In this document: positions 40,512 to 53,789 of the stretch, piece by piece | Layout: every line of letters begins with the position of its first letter | Numbering within the stretch: position 1 is the first letter of the stretch | Notes under the pieces: model-generated | Told to the model about the DNA's origin: nothing | Database searches by the model: none | What the model saw: the letters and a program-made list of their open reading frames with translations, nothing else | Position numbers and translations under genes: made by a program | Assembly (NCBI GenBank): GCA_964016885.1 | Contig: OZ024746.1 | Location: forward strand, 22,382,001-22,446,000 | Direction of reading: 5' to 3' | DNA: 64,000 nucleotides | Origin: Eledone cirrhosa | Taxonomy: Eukaryota

Positions 40512-41078
40512 GCTACTACTACTACTACTACTACATGTTCTGCTGCCCCAACAAATAGGAATGTTGATTCTTACTAAAGGAACTCACTGCTGCTACTGCT
40601 GCTGCTGGTCATGGTGATAGTGGTGGTGGTAATGGTGGTGGTGATGGTGATAGTGTTAGTGGTGGTGGTGGTGGTGATAGTGGTGGTGGTGGTGGTGATG
40701 ATGGTGATAGTGGTGGTGGAAATGGGGCGGGATGAGCTGATAGTATTCACAGATAATTATATTGTATAAATATGTAAAACACGTTGGTATTTGTGGCAAC
40801 ATTCTCATACACATATATACATAGACACACACACATATAAACATACAAATATATAGATATGTATGTATACTCAAATCCCAATATCTATTAAATATATTTA
40901 CCAATGACTTTCAATCAACACCTGCCTTATATATTCAGTCTCACTGATGAAATCTGAATCATTTACAGTGTTAATTGACGGTCAATTAACAGTTAATTAG
41001 CTGTTAATTACAGCACCTCATTTACACCTTGCCAATATTATATCTTACATACCTGAACATCTTTCTTGGAATCTCAAA

Positions 41079-41279
41079 TACAGGGGTTGACAGAAAAGTT
41101 CATAGGCTGACTATGGAGTGATGCTAGAATTGTGAAATTTTACAAGCATTAATTGCAACTCTTCTTGTTAATAACTGCATTGTTTCTTTCCAGGGACTAT
41201 GTTGAAAAAAATAAATCTCATTTGGTCATTCCGTGAGAGTGTCTTGGTCAGCTTATGAACTTTTCAGCCAACCCTCGTA
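41079..41279. mobile_element. Tc1/mariner-type MITE (second copy about 47217-47408)
   Basis: TIRs tacaggggttgacagaaaagttcataggctgac / gtcagcttatgaacttttcagccaaccctcgta, with TA termini. Confidence 0.8.
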
Positions 41280-41779
41280 TCATCATCATCATAATCATTT
41301 TTGTCCATTTTCTCTGCTGGCATGGGTTGGACAGGTTGTCATGTTATGAGACTAGACATGTCAGATGACCATGTCCTTCTCATGCATTCCATTTTGGCAT
41401 CATTCCTACAGCTTGCTAATGTCAGCAATGTTACAGCTGGTACAAGGTGCATTTTATCATGGCACCAGCACTACCACTTTACAAAGTGAGCTGGGTGTAT
41501 TTTATTGCGGCACCAGCACTACCACTTCATAGTGTGGGCCAAGTGTATTTTATTGGGGCACAACACTACAATTTTAAAGAGTGTACAGGGTGTATTTTAT
41601 CATGCCACCAGCACTACTACTGGGTGTATATTATCACAATGTTTATATATCTATAAAGATAAGACTGAATTTCTTTTGATAATAGATCTATTTGATCAAA
41701 AGTTGACCTGGATATGTCTGAAAGCTAAGCTATAACAACAACAACATCTACCTTCACATACTTCTTGAAGTCCTGCACT

Positions 41780-42030
41780 CAGTGCTGGATTTACCTATAA
41801 GCTAAATAAGCTATAGCTTAGGACTGCATATTCTCGGAGGCCTCATTTAATTTCTTTTGTTTATGCAGCAAATAGAATAAATCATTTAATTAGTTAAAAG
41901 TAACATTATGTAACTAATTAATTTTGTAATCATTAATAAATAATAATCATGTATAGTTAAACATTTTTTTACCCCAATTTTTTTTTTAGAGAAGGGCCTC
42001 AAATTTCATATAGCTTAAGGCCTCAGCAAG
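41780..42030. mobile_element. hAT-like non-autonomous element remnant
   Basis: Left end cagtgctggatttacctataag; subterminal tatagctta motif repeated near the right end; right TIR not found. Confidence 0.4.
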
Positions 42031-42445
42031 TGATATAAAAGGCAGGTTGGGTCATGTTTGCTTGATCAGAAGTTAATTTGGTTATGACCAAGGGTTAAAC
42101 AAGAATAACAAATACCTGATCATCCGTCTTGAACTTTTACATACATCTAAAATATTTATTGTAGAAACTGTTACAGTTTTTTCTAAATTATTATTATTAC
42201 TAGCATAATACCCGTAAAAATGAAGGGGTTTATAGTAATAAATATTTAATTGATTAATTCCTTAATTACAACATTCCATATAAAGCTGCTTAAATCCTCC
42301 ATTTTCCTTGACCTTCTCCCTCTTGTCACTTCAGCCATTGCTGTATTTCATTTTGCTTTCACTTAAACCAATTACAATAATTTTCTTCCATATTTTCTTT
42401 AATCATTATCAAACATATATCCACTAAATTATGATTACTTTGTTT

Positions 42446-42476
<31 letters not shown>

Positions 42477-42642
42477 GGACTGCCATTGGCATTTGTGCTT
42501 TGTTATTGTTTTTCTTTGGTAAATATTCATAAATAGATAACTACAGATAGACAGTCATATAAACAGATAGAGAAGCAGAAAAGTAGGCTGGTAGATAGAT
42601 AGATAGATAGAAGAGAGAGATAAAAATATTAAAAAATGATAG

Positions 42643-43637
42643 ATTGACAGACAGATGGAGTGACAGACATACAGACGGATGAGTGGATTGACAGACAGAC
42701 AGATGGAGTGACAGACATACGGACTGATGGGTGGATTGACAGACAGACAGATGGAGTGACAGACATACGGACTGATGGGTGGATTGACAGACAGACAGAT
42801 GGAGCGACAGACATATGGACTGATGGGTGGATTGACAGACAGACAGATGGAGCGACAGACATACGGACTGATGGGTGGATTGACAGACAGACAGATGGAG
42901 TGACAGACATATGGACTGATGGGTGGATTGACAGAGAGACAGATGGAGTGACAGACATACATACGGACTGGTGGGTGGATTGACAGACAGACAGATGGAG
43001 CGACAGACATACGGACTGATGGGTGAATTGACAGACAGATGGAATGACAGACATACGGACTGATGGGTGGATTGACAGACAGACAGATGGAGTGACAGAC
43101 ATACGGACTGATGGGTGGATTGACAGACAGACAGATGGAGTGACAGACATACGGACTGATGGGTGAATTGACAGACAGATGGAATGACAGACATACGGAC
43201 TGATGGGTGGATTGACAGACAGACAGATGGAGTGACAGACATACGGACTGATGGGTGGATTGACAGACAGACAGATGGAGTGACAGACATACGGACTGAT
43301 GGGTGAATTGACAGACAGATGGAATGACAGACATACGGACTGATGGGTGGATTGACAGACAGACAGATGGAGTGACAGACATACGGACTGATGGGTGGAT
43401 TGACAGACAGACAGAGGGAGTGACAGACATACGGACTGATGGATGGATTGACAGACAGACAGATGGAGTGACAGACATACGGACTGATGGGTGAATTGAC
43501 AGACAGATGGAATGACAGACATATGGACTGATGGGTGGATTGACAGACAGACAGATGGAGTGACAGACATACGGACTGATGGGTGGATTGACAGACAGAC
43601 AGACAGATGGAGTGACAGACATATGGACTGATGGATG
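42643..43637. repeat. 48/44-bp minisatellite (gacagacagacagatggagtgacagacatacggactgatgggtggatt), about 21 copies, with a 140-bp higher-order period
   Basis: The variant gggtgaattg recurs at 43021, 43161 and 43301. Confidence 0.95.
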
Positions 43638-43755
43638 GAAAGAAGGAGAAAGAGAAAAAGAAAACCTGGAGAAATATCGGAGAGGGAGAGAAATGTATGT
43701 AGAAAAGAAAGAGATAAATAGATAGGAGGAAATAAAAAGAACTGTTTATATATTG

Positions 43756-43820
43756 TATTTTGTCTGATGAAGGCATACGATATTTTAATTTGGTATCCCT
43801 GAAATATGTATAATGAAATA
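43756..43820 (+). ncRNA. Minimal type I hammerhead ribozyme
   Basis: tattttgt CTGATGA aggcatac-gatattttaatttg-gtatccct GAAA tatgta TA atgaaata; 8-bp stem I including G-U pairs. Confidence 0.75.
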
Positions 43821-43947
43821 ATATGGTTTTATAAATATAGTTTCCATTTATTTAATATCGTATATCTACTCCAAAAACTTGTCGAGTGCTTTATATCAGT
43901 TATAAAATATTTACTTGTTGTATCCCAACAATTTTAAATAGAACTTT

Positions 43948-44024
<77 letters not shown>

Positions 44025-44305
44025 AATGTGTGTGTGTGTGTATGTATGTATGTTAGGAAGGGCATCCAGTTGTAGAAATCTAGCCAGAAATTGTTCTGTA
44101 TGAGCAGGATATGGTCACCTGACCCAACCTGCGTCAAATGGGATAATCCGGTTAACCCATGCTAGTGTGGAAGGTGGACGTTAAATGCAGCTGCATGATG
44201 ATGATGATGATGATATATATATATATCATTATTTTCCGTCCGCTTTTGTTGTTGTGCTCATAATTGTTTTGGCATTAATACACTGGTTGGATGCCCTTCC
44301 TAACA

Positions 44306-44618
<313 letters not shown>

Positions 44619-44636
44619 TATGGTGTTAGGAATGAT

Positions 44637-45092
44637 GGAGGCACATGGCTTAGTGGTTAGAACATTGGCCTTGCAATCGAAAGGTTGTCAGTTCAATTCT
44701 CAGACCGGCTGATGTGCTGTTTCCTTGAGCAAGGCACTTTATTTCACATTGCTCCAGTTTACTCAGCTGTAGAAATGAGATGATAGGGACTGGGGTCCCT
44801 ATCATTCCACTGCAAAGTGGTCGTGGAGGTGCCATTGCAAAAAAGCACCCAGCACTCACTGTAAATGAGGTTGGTGTTAGGAAGGGCATCCAGCTGTAGA
44901 AATCAAGCCAGAATCAGTTCCCGTCCCACCCTTGCAAGCAGGGAAAAGTGGACGTGAAATGAAATGAAATGATGATGATGATGATATATATATATATAGT
45001 CAGTCTTTTTACTCTTTTCCTACTATATCAAGAATTAAACTAAAATATTTCCTCATTGTGTTGTCTGCGTTGTTGGTTCTGTTTACTTTTTG

Positions 45093-45156
<64 letters not shown>

Positions 45157-45490
45157 CTGGCTTAGTGGTTAGAGCATTGGCCTTGCAATCGAAAGGTTGC
45201 GAGTTCAATTCTCAGACCGGGTGATGTGTTGTTTCCTTGAGCAAGACACTTTATTTCACATTGCTCCAGTTTACTCAGCTGTAGAAATGAGATGATAGGG
45301 ACTGGGGTCCCTATCATTCCACTGCAAAGTGGTCGTGTAGGTGCCACGGAAAAAAAGCCCCAGCACTCACTGTAAATGAGGTTGGTGTTAGGAAGGGCAT
45401 CCAGCTGTAGAAATCAAGCCAGAATCAGTTCCTGTCCCACCCTTGCAAGCAGGGAAAAAGCGGATGTAAAATGAAATGAGGATGATGATG
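44637..45490 (+). mobile_element. Two young family A SINE copies (44637-44984 and 45159-45490)
   Basis: Near-identical to each other and to 39137-39480. Confidence 0.88.
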
Positions 45491-46044
45491 ATATATATGT
45501 ATAAACACAGGCACTCACATATAGACACACATAGGCACATATGGTATGCTGAATAAGATTAGAACTGTTCCTATTACATTCTGAAATATGTGAAACAAGA
45601 CCATGCTGGTGGCACTCCTCTTCCTTGTGGTATTTCATAGTGGAAAAATAATTGGAACTGTCTAATTCTCTATCTTCTTCATCAGCCAATTTGTGAATGA
45701 ATCAAATTACACAGACTGTTTGTTCTTCTTCTTCTCTGTATTTATCTACTTTTGCATTAATCCTTTGAGAAAATCCGATTCACAGTGCCAGGCTGTGAAT
45801 TTGCTCTTCTATATCTCAGTAGTAAAATTTCTTACCGATTTATACTATCCTATTACTCTTCATAGCATTTTTGGAATTAATCATTAATGCGTAAACATGT
45901 TTCTCAGATATTCTACAACTAATAGCTAAATTGTTTTTAATATTAGAAAATTATTTTTCAGATTTGTAAGTAGAAGAAAAGCTGGTTTTTTAGACTAGTG
46001 CATGACTAAAATTTCTTGAGTTTTTTTTTTCTAATATTTCCTTA

Positions 46045-46652
46045 ATAATGGTTTCTGATTTCAGTACGGGGCCACAATTTGGGGGAGGGAAACTTGATTA
46101 AATCCAACCCAGTGCATTATTGGTACTTTATTTTATCGACTCTGTAAGGATGAAAGGCAAAGCAAACCTCAGCAGGATTTGAATTCAGAATGTAAATTGA
46201 CGGAGCTCTATGTTGCAAAGCATGGTGTCTGACGCTCTACCGATACTGCCAATCCATCACCCTTTTTCATTAATAATTGTTTCTACTTTTGGCACAAGGC
46301 CAGCAATTATCCCAGTGCATTACTGGTACTTTATTTTATCAACCCTGTAAGGATGAAATGCAAAGTTAACCTCAGCGAGATTTGAACTCAGAACGTAAAG
46401 GGCCATAACTATGCTGCAAAGCATGGTGTCTGATGTTCTACCGATACTGCCAAGCCACCACACCTTTTTCCTTAATAATTGTTTCTACTTTTGGCACAAG
46501 GCCAGCAATTATCCCAGTGCATTACGGGTACTTTATTTTATCAACCCCGTAAGGATGAAAGGCAAAGTTAACCTCGGCGGGATTTTAACTCCGACCATAA
46601 AGGGCCGTAACTCTTTGCTGCAAAGCATGGCGTCCGACTCTCTACCAATCCA
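46045..46652 (-). mobile_element. Three head-to-tail family M SINE copies
   Basis: Unit of about 200 bp repeated, with the shared linker caccttttt(c)...taataattgtttctac. Confidence 0.82.
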
Positions 46653-49600
46653 CAATGTAACACATTTAGTTACATTTTTTGAAAAAATGTAAGCAATCTA
46701 GTCATGGCTCTTGAGCTTTGATTTAAATCTACCAGAGCCCTGTCTCTCTCCTGGCTGAAACACAAACATTTACTGCCAGGGAATAAGGAAATATTGAACT
46801 GGTACTTTATCAACTTTGAAAGGATGAAAGGTAAAGCTGACCTCAAAAGGATTTCAATTCAGAATACAGAGAGCCAGAACAAATACTGAAAAGCATTCTC
46901 TCCCACATTTTAATGATTCTACCAAGTTGCCACCATAATGTAAACAATACATTTGCCGAATAAATAATACTTGTAAAACTATAAATAAATGTCTTTTAAG
47001 TGGTTTCTTTTTTTGTTAATTTTTCTTTAAATGAACATTCAAAAGGAATCCTAACATTAAGGTGCTTTTCTTTTTATTTTATTAGCTTTAGAATCTTTAA
47101 AAATTTATAAGGTGATGCATGCTTTTTTTTTTCTAGCCAGCTGTTTTCAATTCATTGCTGGATGAAGCCTCAACAACTATATTGGGTTTAAACCTACCTG
47201 CTTATCTATATAGTAGTACAAAGGTCGACTGAAAAGTTCATTGGCTGAAGGAGTGATATTAGAACTGTGAAATATCTTACATGCATTATTAATTTAAACT
47301 CTTCTTATTAATAAATACATTGTATCTAAACCTCGTTTGGTCATTCCATGAGGGCATCTTGGTTGGCCTATAAACTTTTCAGTATGAAGTTTTCAGCCGA
47401 CACTCGTATCTCATTTTACATCAGTATCAGAGTTTTGTTGAGTTTTATAACACACCTGTGTGTGAAGTGCAATGCTGCATGGTAGTGAAACTCGGGCTGT
47501 GACTGCAGAGGACATGTGTAGACTGGGAAAAATGAAGCAACTATGCTCCTTTTGATGTGCAATGTAAGTGTGATAGAAAGACAGAGCTTTTGAACTTTTC
47601 AGCCAACCCTTATTGACCTGTGTATGTTGGTAATAGATCTGTCTATATTGGTAGTGTGGGTTGGATAGGAGGATGCTTCCATTATTGATTGACTAGGCTT
47701 GGTCAGCAATGCCAAAGTGGAATTTAGAATCAGAATGCAAAAAGGGCTGGAGCAGATATTGCAAGATAATCTCGTCTAAGATTCTTTGAACTATTATTTT
47801 GTTTAACACCTCCCAAAAGCATGAAAAGTAAAGTTGGCCTCAGTGAGAATTGAACCCAAATCACAGACAGGGATTTTATCTAACACTCTATCAACTTCGC
47901 CAATTCACTGCATGATGATACAACACAAATATTGATTTCTGATAGAGGCAAAGTTAAGGAAAATGTATGGTATGGTATGGTCCCATAACTCCCAATGGAG
48001 TTGTAGGAGTGCTGTATTGGAATACAGCCTTTCTTGGGCATTTTAAGCCTGGTGGAGTCTATCCCTCTAAAGGTTTTATCACAGTAGATTTCTTCCAGAG
48101 ATGGATAGAAGGGAAGTGAGAAAGAATCGACCCTAGTACTAGATTGGTACTTTTTTATCAACCTTGAAAGGATGAAAGGCAAAGTTGACCTTGGCAGGAT
48201 TTGAACTCAGAATGTAAAAAGCCAGAACAAATACTGCAATGATATTTTATTAGATGCACTATCAATTCTGCCAATCTGCCACCCTCATCCCTTAAATTTT
48301 ACCCCGACACCCTCACATCACCACATAAGTGCTAACCTGTCCACTACTAAATGATCAAAGCATCACACCATCCCCACCTCTATTAATTTATGTACCCCAC
48401 CATCAATCTTTCATCTTTTCAATCCCTTTCTTCCTTCTACTTCTTCCTCTCCCCTCTCCTATATCCTCACACATTTTATTCTCACAAAACTAATAATCAA
48501 AACAAAGTAAAATTGACCACCACAAATGAATGAGAACAGATATATATTTTCTTAACACTGAAAGAGAATCGTTCCACCATTGCGCTAACAGAAGTTCAAT
48601 GAGCTTTTTTTTCCAGAGTCGGACCTGATCGATACAGATCGAACCTTGAGCTGATCAATTGCCAAACCCACCTCAATAAACGTAATAGTATATATACACA
48701 CACACCTCATTATGTTATCAGGTGTTCTACATTAAGGTGTGTATGACTATCAAAAGGTACTATGTATACAAATACTTTCCAACCAAATATTTGGATGCTA
48801 CGTTTTCTATGTGATATTGAAGATCAGGTCTATAGTATAGATAATGATGATGATGGTGGTGAGGGTGGTGGTGATGGTGGTGGTTGTGCTAGTGGGATTT
48901 ATTCATGGTGGTGGTTCTAGGGATGGTGTTGTTGTTCTTGGTGGTGGTGGTGGTGGTGGTGATCATGGGAGTGGTTCTGAGGATGATGATGTTGTTGTTG
49001 TTGTTGGTGGGTGTGATGATGATGATGATGATGATGATGCTCACAACAGAAGTGGTAGCAATACATATGATATCAATGATGTAAATGTGATAGTGTGACA
49101 TTTCTTTTTTTTCCTGATATCTTTATCATATGAGATATCCTGTACATAACTGACATTCCATGGAGCCAACTAGGAGTTTAACCCTTTTCATACTGACCCA
49201 ATAAAAACCACCCATGGTTCTATGAAATAAAGCCACCCATTATAAAGGGTTCTTATTTAAATTAAAATCTCCCAGCATAATTTTATATAAGAACCATATG
49301 TTAGATTATCATAGTATAATGATTACAGTGTTGATAAAATAAAGTACCAGTAACGCATTGGGGTAGATTTAATCCAAAATTGTTTGCCTTGTCTTGTGCT
49401 TAAGTCAGAAACCATTATCTTAGTATAATGAAATAATTAATGATTTTAGTAAATCCCTGAAAATTATTAATTGATTAATTAAATAAGAGTGAATTAGATA
49501 TATGATTATAGGTAGTGAATTGGTACAGTCATTAGAACATAGGACAGAATGTTTTGCATTATTGATATCAGCTCCTTGAGTTCAAATTTCACTGAGGTCA

Positions 49601-50189
49601 ACTTTGCCTTTCACCCATTCAAGGTTGATAAAATACCAGTCTGGTACTGGGGTTGATTCTTCTACATCTCTTTCTCATTTCCATTTTCTCCCTCTCTATC
49701 TCTCTATCTCTCTCTGGAAGAAATCACCTGTATTCAGACATGGAGAAGAGATGGTCACAGCCAAGTTTTAAAATGCCCTAGAAATGCTGTATGTCAATAC
49801 AGCACCCCTACCACTCCCCTGGGAGTTAAGGGTCCATACATACATACTATGTAGATATGATGCTTAGGGAGTTATTTATTGATCACAGGAATTTATTATA
49901 TATTTAATTAAATTATACTAAATTTGTATATTTATATAAAAATGTGATCCTTTAAGGTTCAGTAATGCATCCCTGTGTGGTCTACATCCTAGATGGCTGC
50001 AGCAAAGTTGACCTAAATTATAGTGCCAGCTTTGCATATCCCTGCGTATTATAAAAGATGACTAAAAGGTATCCAGCCATAAATTATGGCTTCTAAAAAT
50101 GACCCCCAGTAAGAAACACAAAGTCTTTCATGGCGCCTGTAAGACTAATTACTAATTTCTGCTTCAGTAGGGACAAATGGACTTAAAAC

Positions 50190-50572
50190 ACTTGCTGCTG
50201 CTGTCACTACTACTATGGCTGCTACTGTTACTATTGGTGTTGTTGTTGCTGATGCTGTTGCTACTGATGTTGTTGCTGCTGCAGCTGTTACTGCTGCAGT
50301 TGTTACTATTGCTGCTGCTGTTGCTACTGTTGTTGTTGTTACTGATGTTGTTGCTGCTGCAGCTGTTTCTATTGCTGCTGCTGTTGCTGCTGTTGTTGTT
50401 GTTGCTGCTGTTGCCGTTATTACTGTTGTTGTTGCTGCTGTTACAGTTATTGCTGTTGTTGCTGTTGCTGCTGTTGTTGTTGTTGTTGTTGCTGCTGCTG
50501 CTGCTGTTACTGTTATTGCTGCTGTTGTTATTAGTGTTGTTATTGTTACTGTTGCTGTCACTATTACTGCTG
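50190..50572. repeat. (TGC/TGT)n trinucleotide repeat
   Basis: Directly visible. Confidence 0.93.
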
Positions 50573-51650
50573 TTTAACGTCAACTAAAAGTACCATTTCC
50601 ATTACCATATCTCTCCTCTTCCTCCCTTACCTTCCTCCATCTCTGTACTTAGTGAGTGAGCAGAATTTCTGAACGGATGTTGAACAACATCAGCTGCAAA
50701 TAGGCCCTTATAATGAATTGACTTTAAAATTGAAATGAAAAAGGAAAATAAGAAGAAAGCTGTTGAACAACTGTAAAAACTAAATAGATCTGGGTGAATT
50801 TATAAATATTTTCATGCATGACTTTTGTCACGTATATTCTTTATTCTTTTACTTGCTGGGGCACTTCTATAAAGGGGTTTAGTTAATCATTTTGATCCAA
50901 GTACCTATTTTATTTGTCACTGAGTTACGAGACATAAACACACGCATGAACATCAATCCAGGGCCTTCTCACTCTTGTTAGAGGAACCCCACTTTCTGTT
51001 TGGTTTTGGTCATGTCAGTTGTGTAGCTGTACTCACCATGTTTGGCCAATTGTAGGTTGGTGAGGCTATTTAACCCATAATTGGGGTGGATGGATGGCCA
51101 TTGACTCTGAGGAGTTTATCCACCCTTTTAACATCTCTTGATTTTTTTTGTGCTGCTCAGGTTCCACTTACTCTTCTTAACAGACCAGGGTCTGGTGGGA
51201 GAGCTAGTTTAGTCCCAACAACTCGACCATGAAGCAGGTTGCACTGGGTTATATTGTACCAGTAGTAGGCAGACGCCTGACCTGATCATAAGCATATATG
51301 AATGACAGATTTCTGTATGGTTTCTGTCTCTGAAATTTTACTTATAAAGCACTGGTCTAACTGAGGCTATTATAGAAAATACTTGACCAAAGTGCCACAC
51401 AATGAAACTGAACCTAAAACTGTGTTTGTAAAGAGAACTATTGAAACACACAGCTATGCCTCCACCTATGTTATTTCATGGAAATATTTTCCACTCCAGT
51501 TCAGAAACTTGATAAAGAAGTCACTGGTGAAACAAATTTTAATTTATTATATAATCAATCATCTTTTTTTAGAAATGTTGAGCAGATATGTATGATATGT
51601 ATTTATTTAAAATTAACCTAGAGTTAGAAGTTTCAATGCTCATATCTTTT

Positions 51651-51816
51651 CACTATGAAAAATAGGCTAAGAAATTGGGCATAAAAGCCTCTGGACAGAA
51701 AAAAAAGTTGACAGCATTGTTTGGCCATATAAGTTTGATTCCCACAGGTAATGTTGTCAACTTTTTTTCCACCCAGGAGCTTTTGTGGCTCAATTTATTA
51801 GGCTATTTTTCTTAGT
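51651..51816. mobile_element. About 165-bp hairpin MITE-like element
   Basis: actatgaaaaataggctaagaaattg...aaaagttgacagcatt pairs with aatgttgtcaactttt...caatttattaggctatttttcttagt. Confidence 0.65.
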
Positions 51817-52898
51817 AAAAAAAACAACGGGTTATACCTGAGTATAACCCTAATTATATGTTTGGGGTGCTAACTATATTGTATTTTGCAGATAACCGGC
51901 TGTATTATTTTATATGAGATATAATTAAATACATCTCTCCTTCCAAACGATTGTTTCGTTATAAGTTTTCTACAAATTGGGAAAATAATGTCCAGGTTAT
52001 GTAGAAGCCTGCATATATATAGAGAGAGAGAGGGGGGAGAGACAGAGAGAGTAAGAAATGTGTGTGAGTGTGTGTTTCGTTCACGTCTATCTACCTATCT
52101 ATTTATCTCTCCAACAGGGGGCTCAAACATACGGCCCGCGAACTACTTTTCTATGGCCCGTGGTAGAACCAATATTTCAGATTCCATTATAACTGGTGAA
52201 AATAAGGTGGTGAGTTGGTGGAATCATTAGCACATCTGGTGAAATGTTTTAGCAGTACTTCTTCGGTTCCGAGTTCAAATTCCGCCGATCTCAACTTTGC
52301 CTTTTATCCTTTTGGGGTCGATAAATTAAGTACCAGTTGTGAACTGAGATTGATGTAATCGACAGGCCCTAAACCCTAAATTTCTTGCCTTGTGCCTATA
52401 GTAGAAATGATTATAACTGGTGAAAATCATCAACCACCACCATATTTGGCCCAGTGCCTCTCCTCCAGGACATAATGGCCCTTTTATGTCCTTGAGTTTG
52501 AGACCCCTCTTCTACATACACACACACATATATATATATACTCTTTACTTTTTTTCTGTCTCTGGACTACGCCTATGCTGGAGCATCACCTTGATAAGTT
52601 ATGGGGACGTCAACAAACGAACAAGCATTGGTGGGAGGGCAAACACAAATGCAAAGGCACACACAGACATATACACATATATACGACGTGCTTCTTTTAG
52701 TTTCGGTCTATCAAATCCACTCACAGGGCTTTAGTCGGCCCAGGCAGTGAGACTGAACCCGGAAACATGTGGTTGGGAAGCAAGCTTCTTGTCACACTGC
52801 GCATATATATATATGTGTGTGTGTTATCAAGTTAACAATGAAAATAAAAAGAACAAAGTCAAGTTACTTTATAATTTTGTTTTTATTTTTATTGTTAA

Positions 52899-53565
52899 CT
52901 AGCTGGCCCGTCCGACTGGCACCTGGCTAGGTATACCGGCATTTTATCTTTTCAGGAATCCCCCCTCCAGTCCAGTGCAAAGATCCACACCCTCTCAAGT
53001 CAGCGAGGCAGGGGGGTTAACATGCTCTGATGTTGGGTTTGAATAGTTTTTAGTATTCTCCAGTTCAGCAGCCAGTACGTTAAAGAAAATTGATAGTTAC
53101 AACAATAAAGGCTGAACAGAGAACACATTTTTTAACAAACTTTACAATAATTTGTACAACCATAATGGAAATTCCAAGTAACAGAAAATACATAAATTAC
53201 ATTGTTAGAGCCTCAGAGTATACAATATTTTTTGTTCGGCCTGCAGGAGCAAAGATGAAGAGATTGTTTGGCGAGCTCACCCTAGAGCCTCCTGCATACA
53301 ATTGACCATGGGAGAAGCATGGTTTTCCCAGATGAAGGCCAGCCACTTTAGGGTTTGACCCTGAGCTTTGTTGATGGTAATCGCGAAGCTTAGTCTCTCT
53401 GTTGCTCTGATCTTGCGGCCAGGCTGGGACTTTTTGGGTGGCATATCAGCAGTGACAATAACGATAAGCCGTCTGTGCTTTTGTGAAATAAATACGTTTG
53501 TTTATATTTTGTTTTTGTGTATGCAAAAATATCTGTACACGAATATATAATTATATATATATATA
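52899..53565 (-). mobile_element. Internally deleted Helitron retaining the PIF1-like helicase C-terminus and a CTAG 3' end
   Basis: Minus strand 53198-53400 reads RLSFAITINKAQGQTL / VAGLHLGKPCFSHGQLYAGGSRV...TKNIVYSEAL*; a GC-rich subterminal segment is followed by CTAG|T at 52899-52902. The 5' boundary is inferred. Confidence 0.85.
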
Positions 53566-53789
53566 TTAAAATAACAGATTAAAGTTTAAGCAAAGAATCG
53601 CTGCTTTCACCCTTAACGGGATCTTCTGAAACTAAAAAAATCAATCTGTGAACGCAGATGGTCTAGATGGTATATCTTAACTGTACCCGCAGACAAAATG
53701 GCGAAGGTATTGCTAAAGAGAACAGCCAGTAATACCTGCTGCAGGGTTGACTGGGTACTTTTTTTGTTGTATCATCACTATGACTTAAC

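Noticed and set aside
42541-43776. 300-400 aa ORFs in three minus-strand frames
   Set aside because: Minisatellite translation
45620-45690. Hammerhead on the minus strand (CUGAUGA...GAAA); lone CUGAUGA also at about 22537, 30788 and 40944
   Set aside because: No NUH triplet with a compatible stem I/III, or no correctly placed GAAA
50960-51290. Possible LINE 5' UTR with an HDV-like ribozyme
   Set aside because: I could not assign a convincing nested double pseudoknot by eye; it needs a descriptor search
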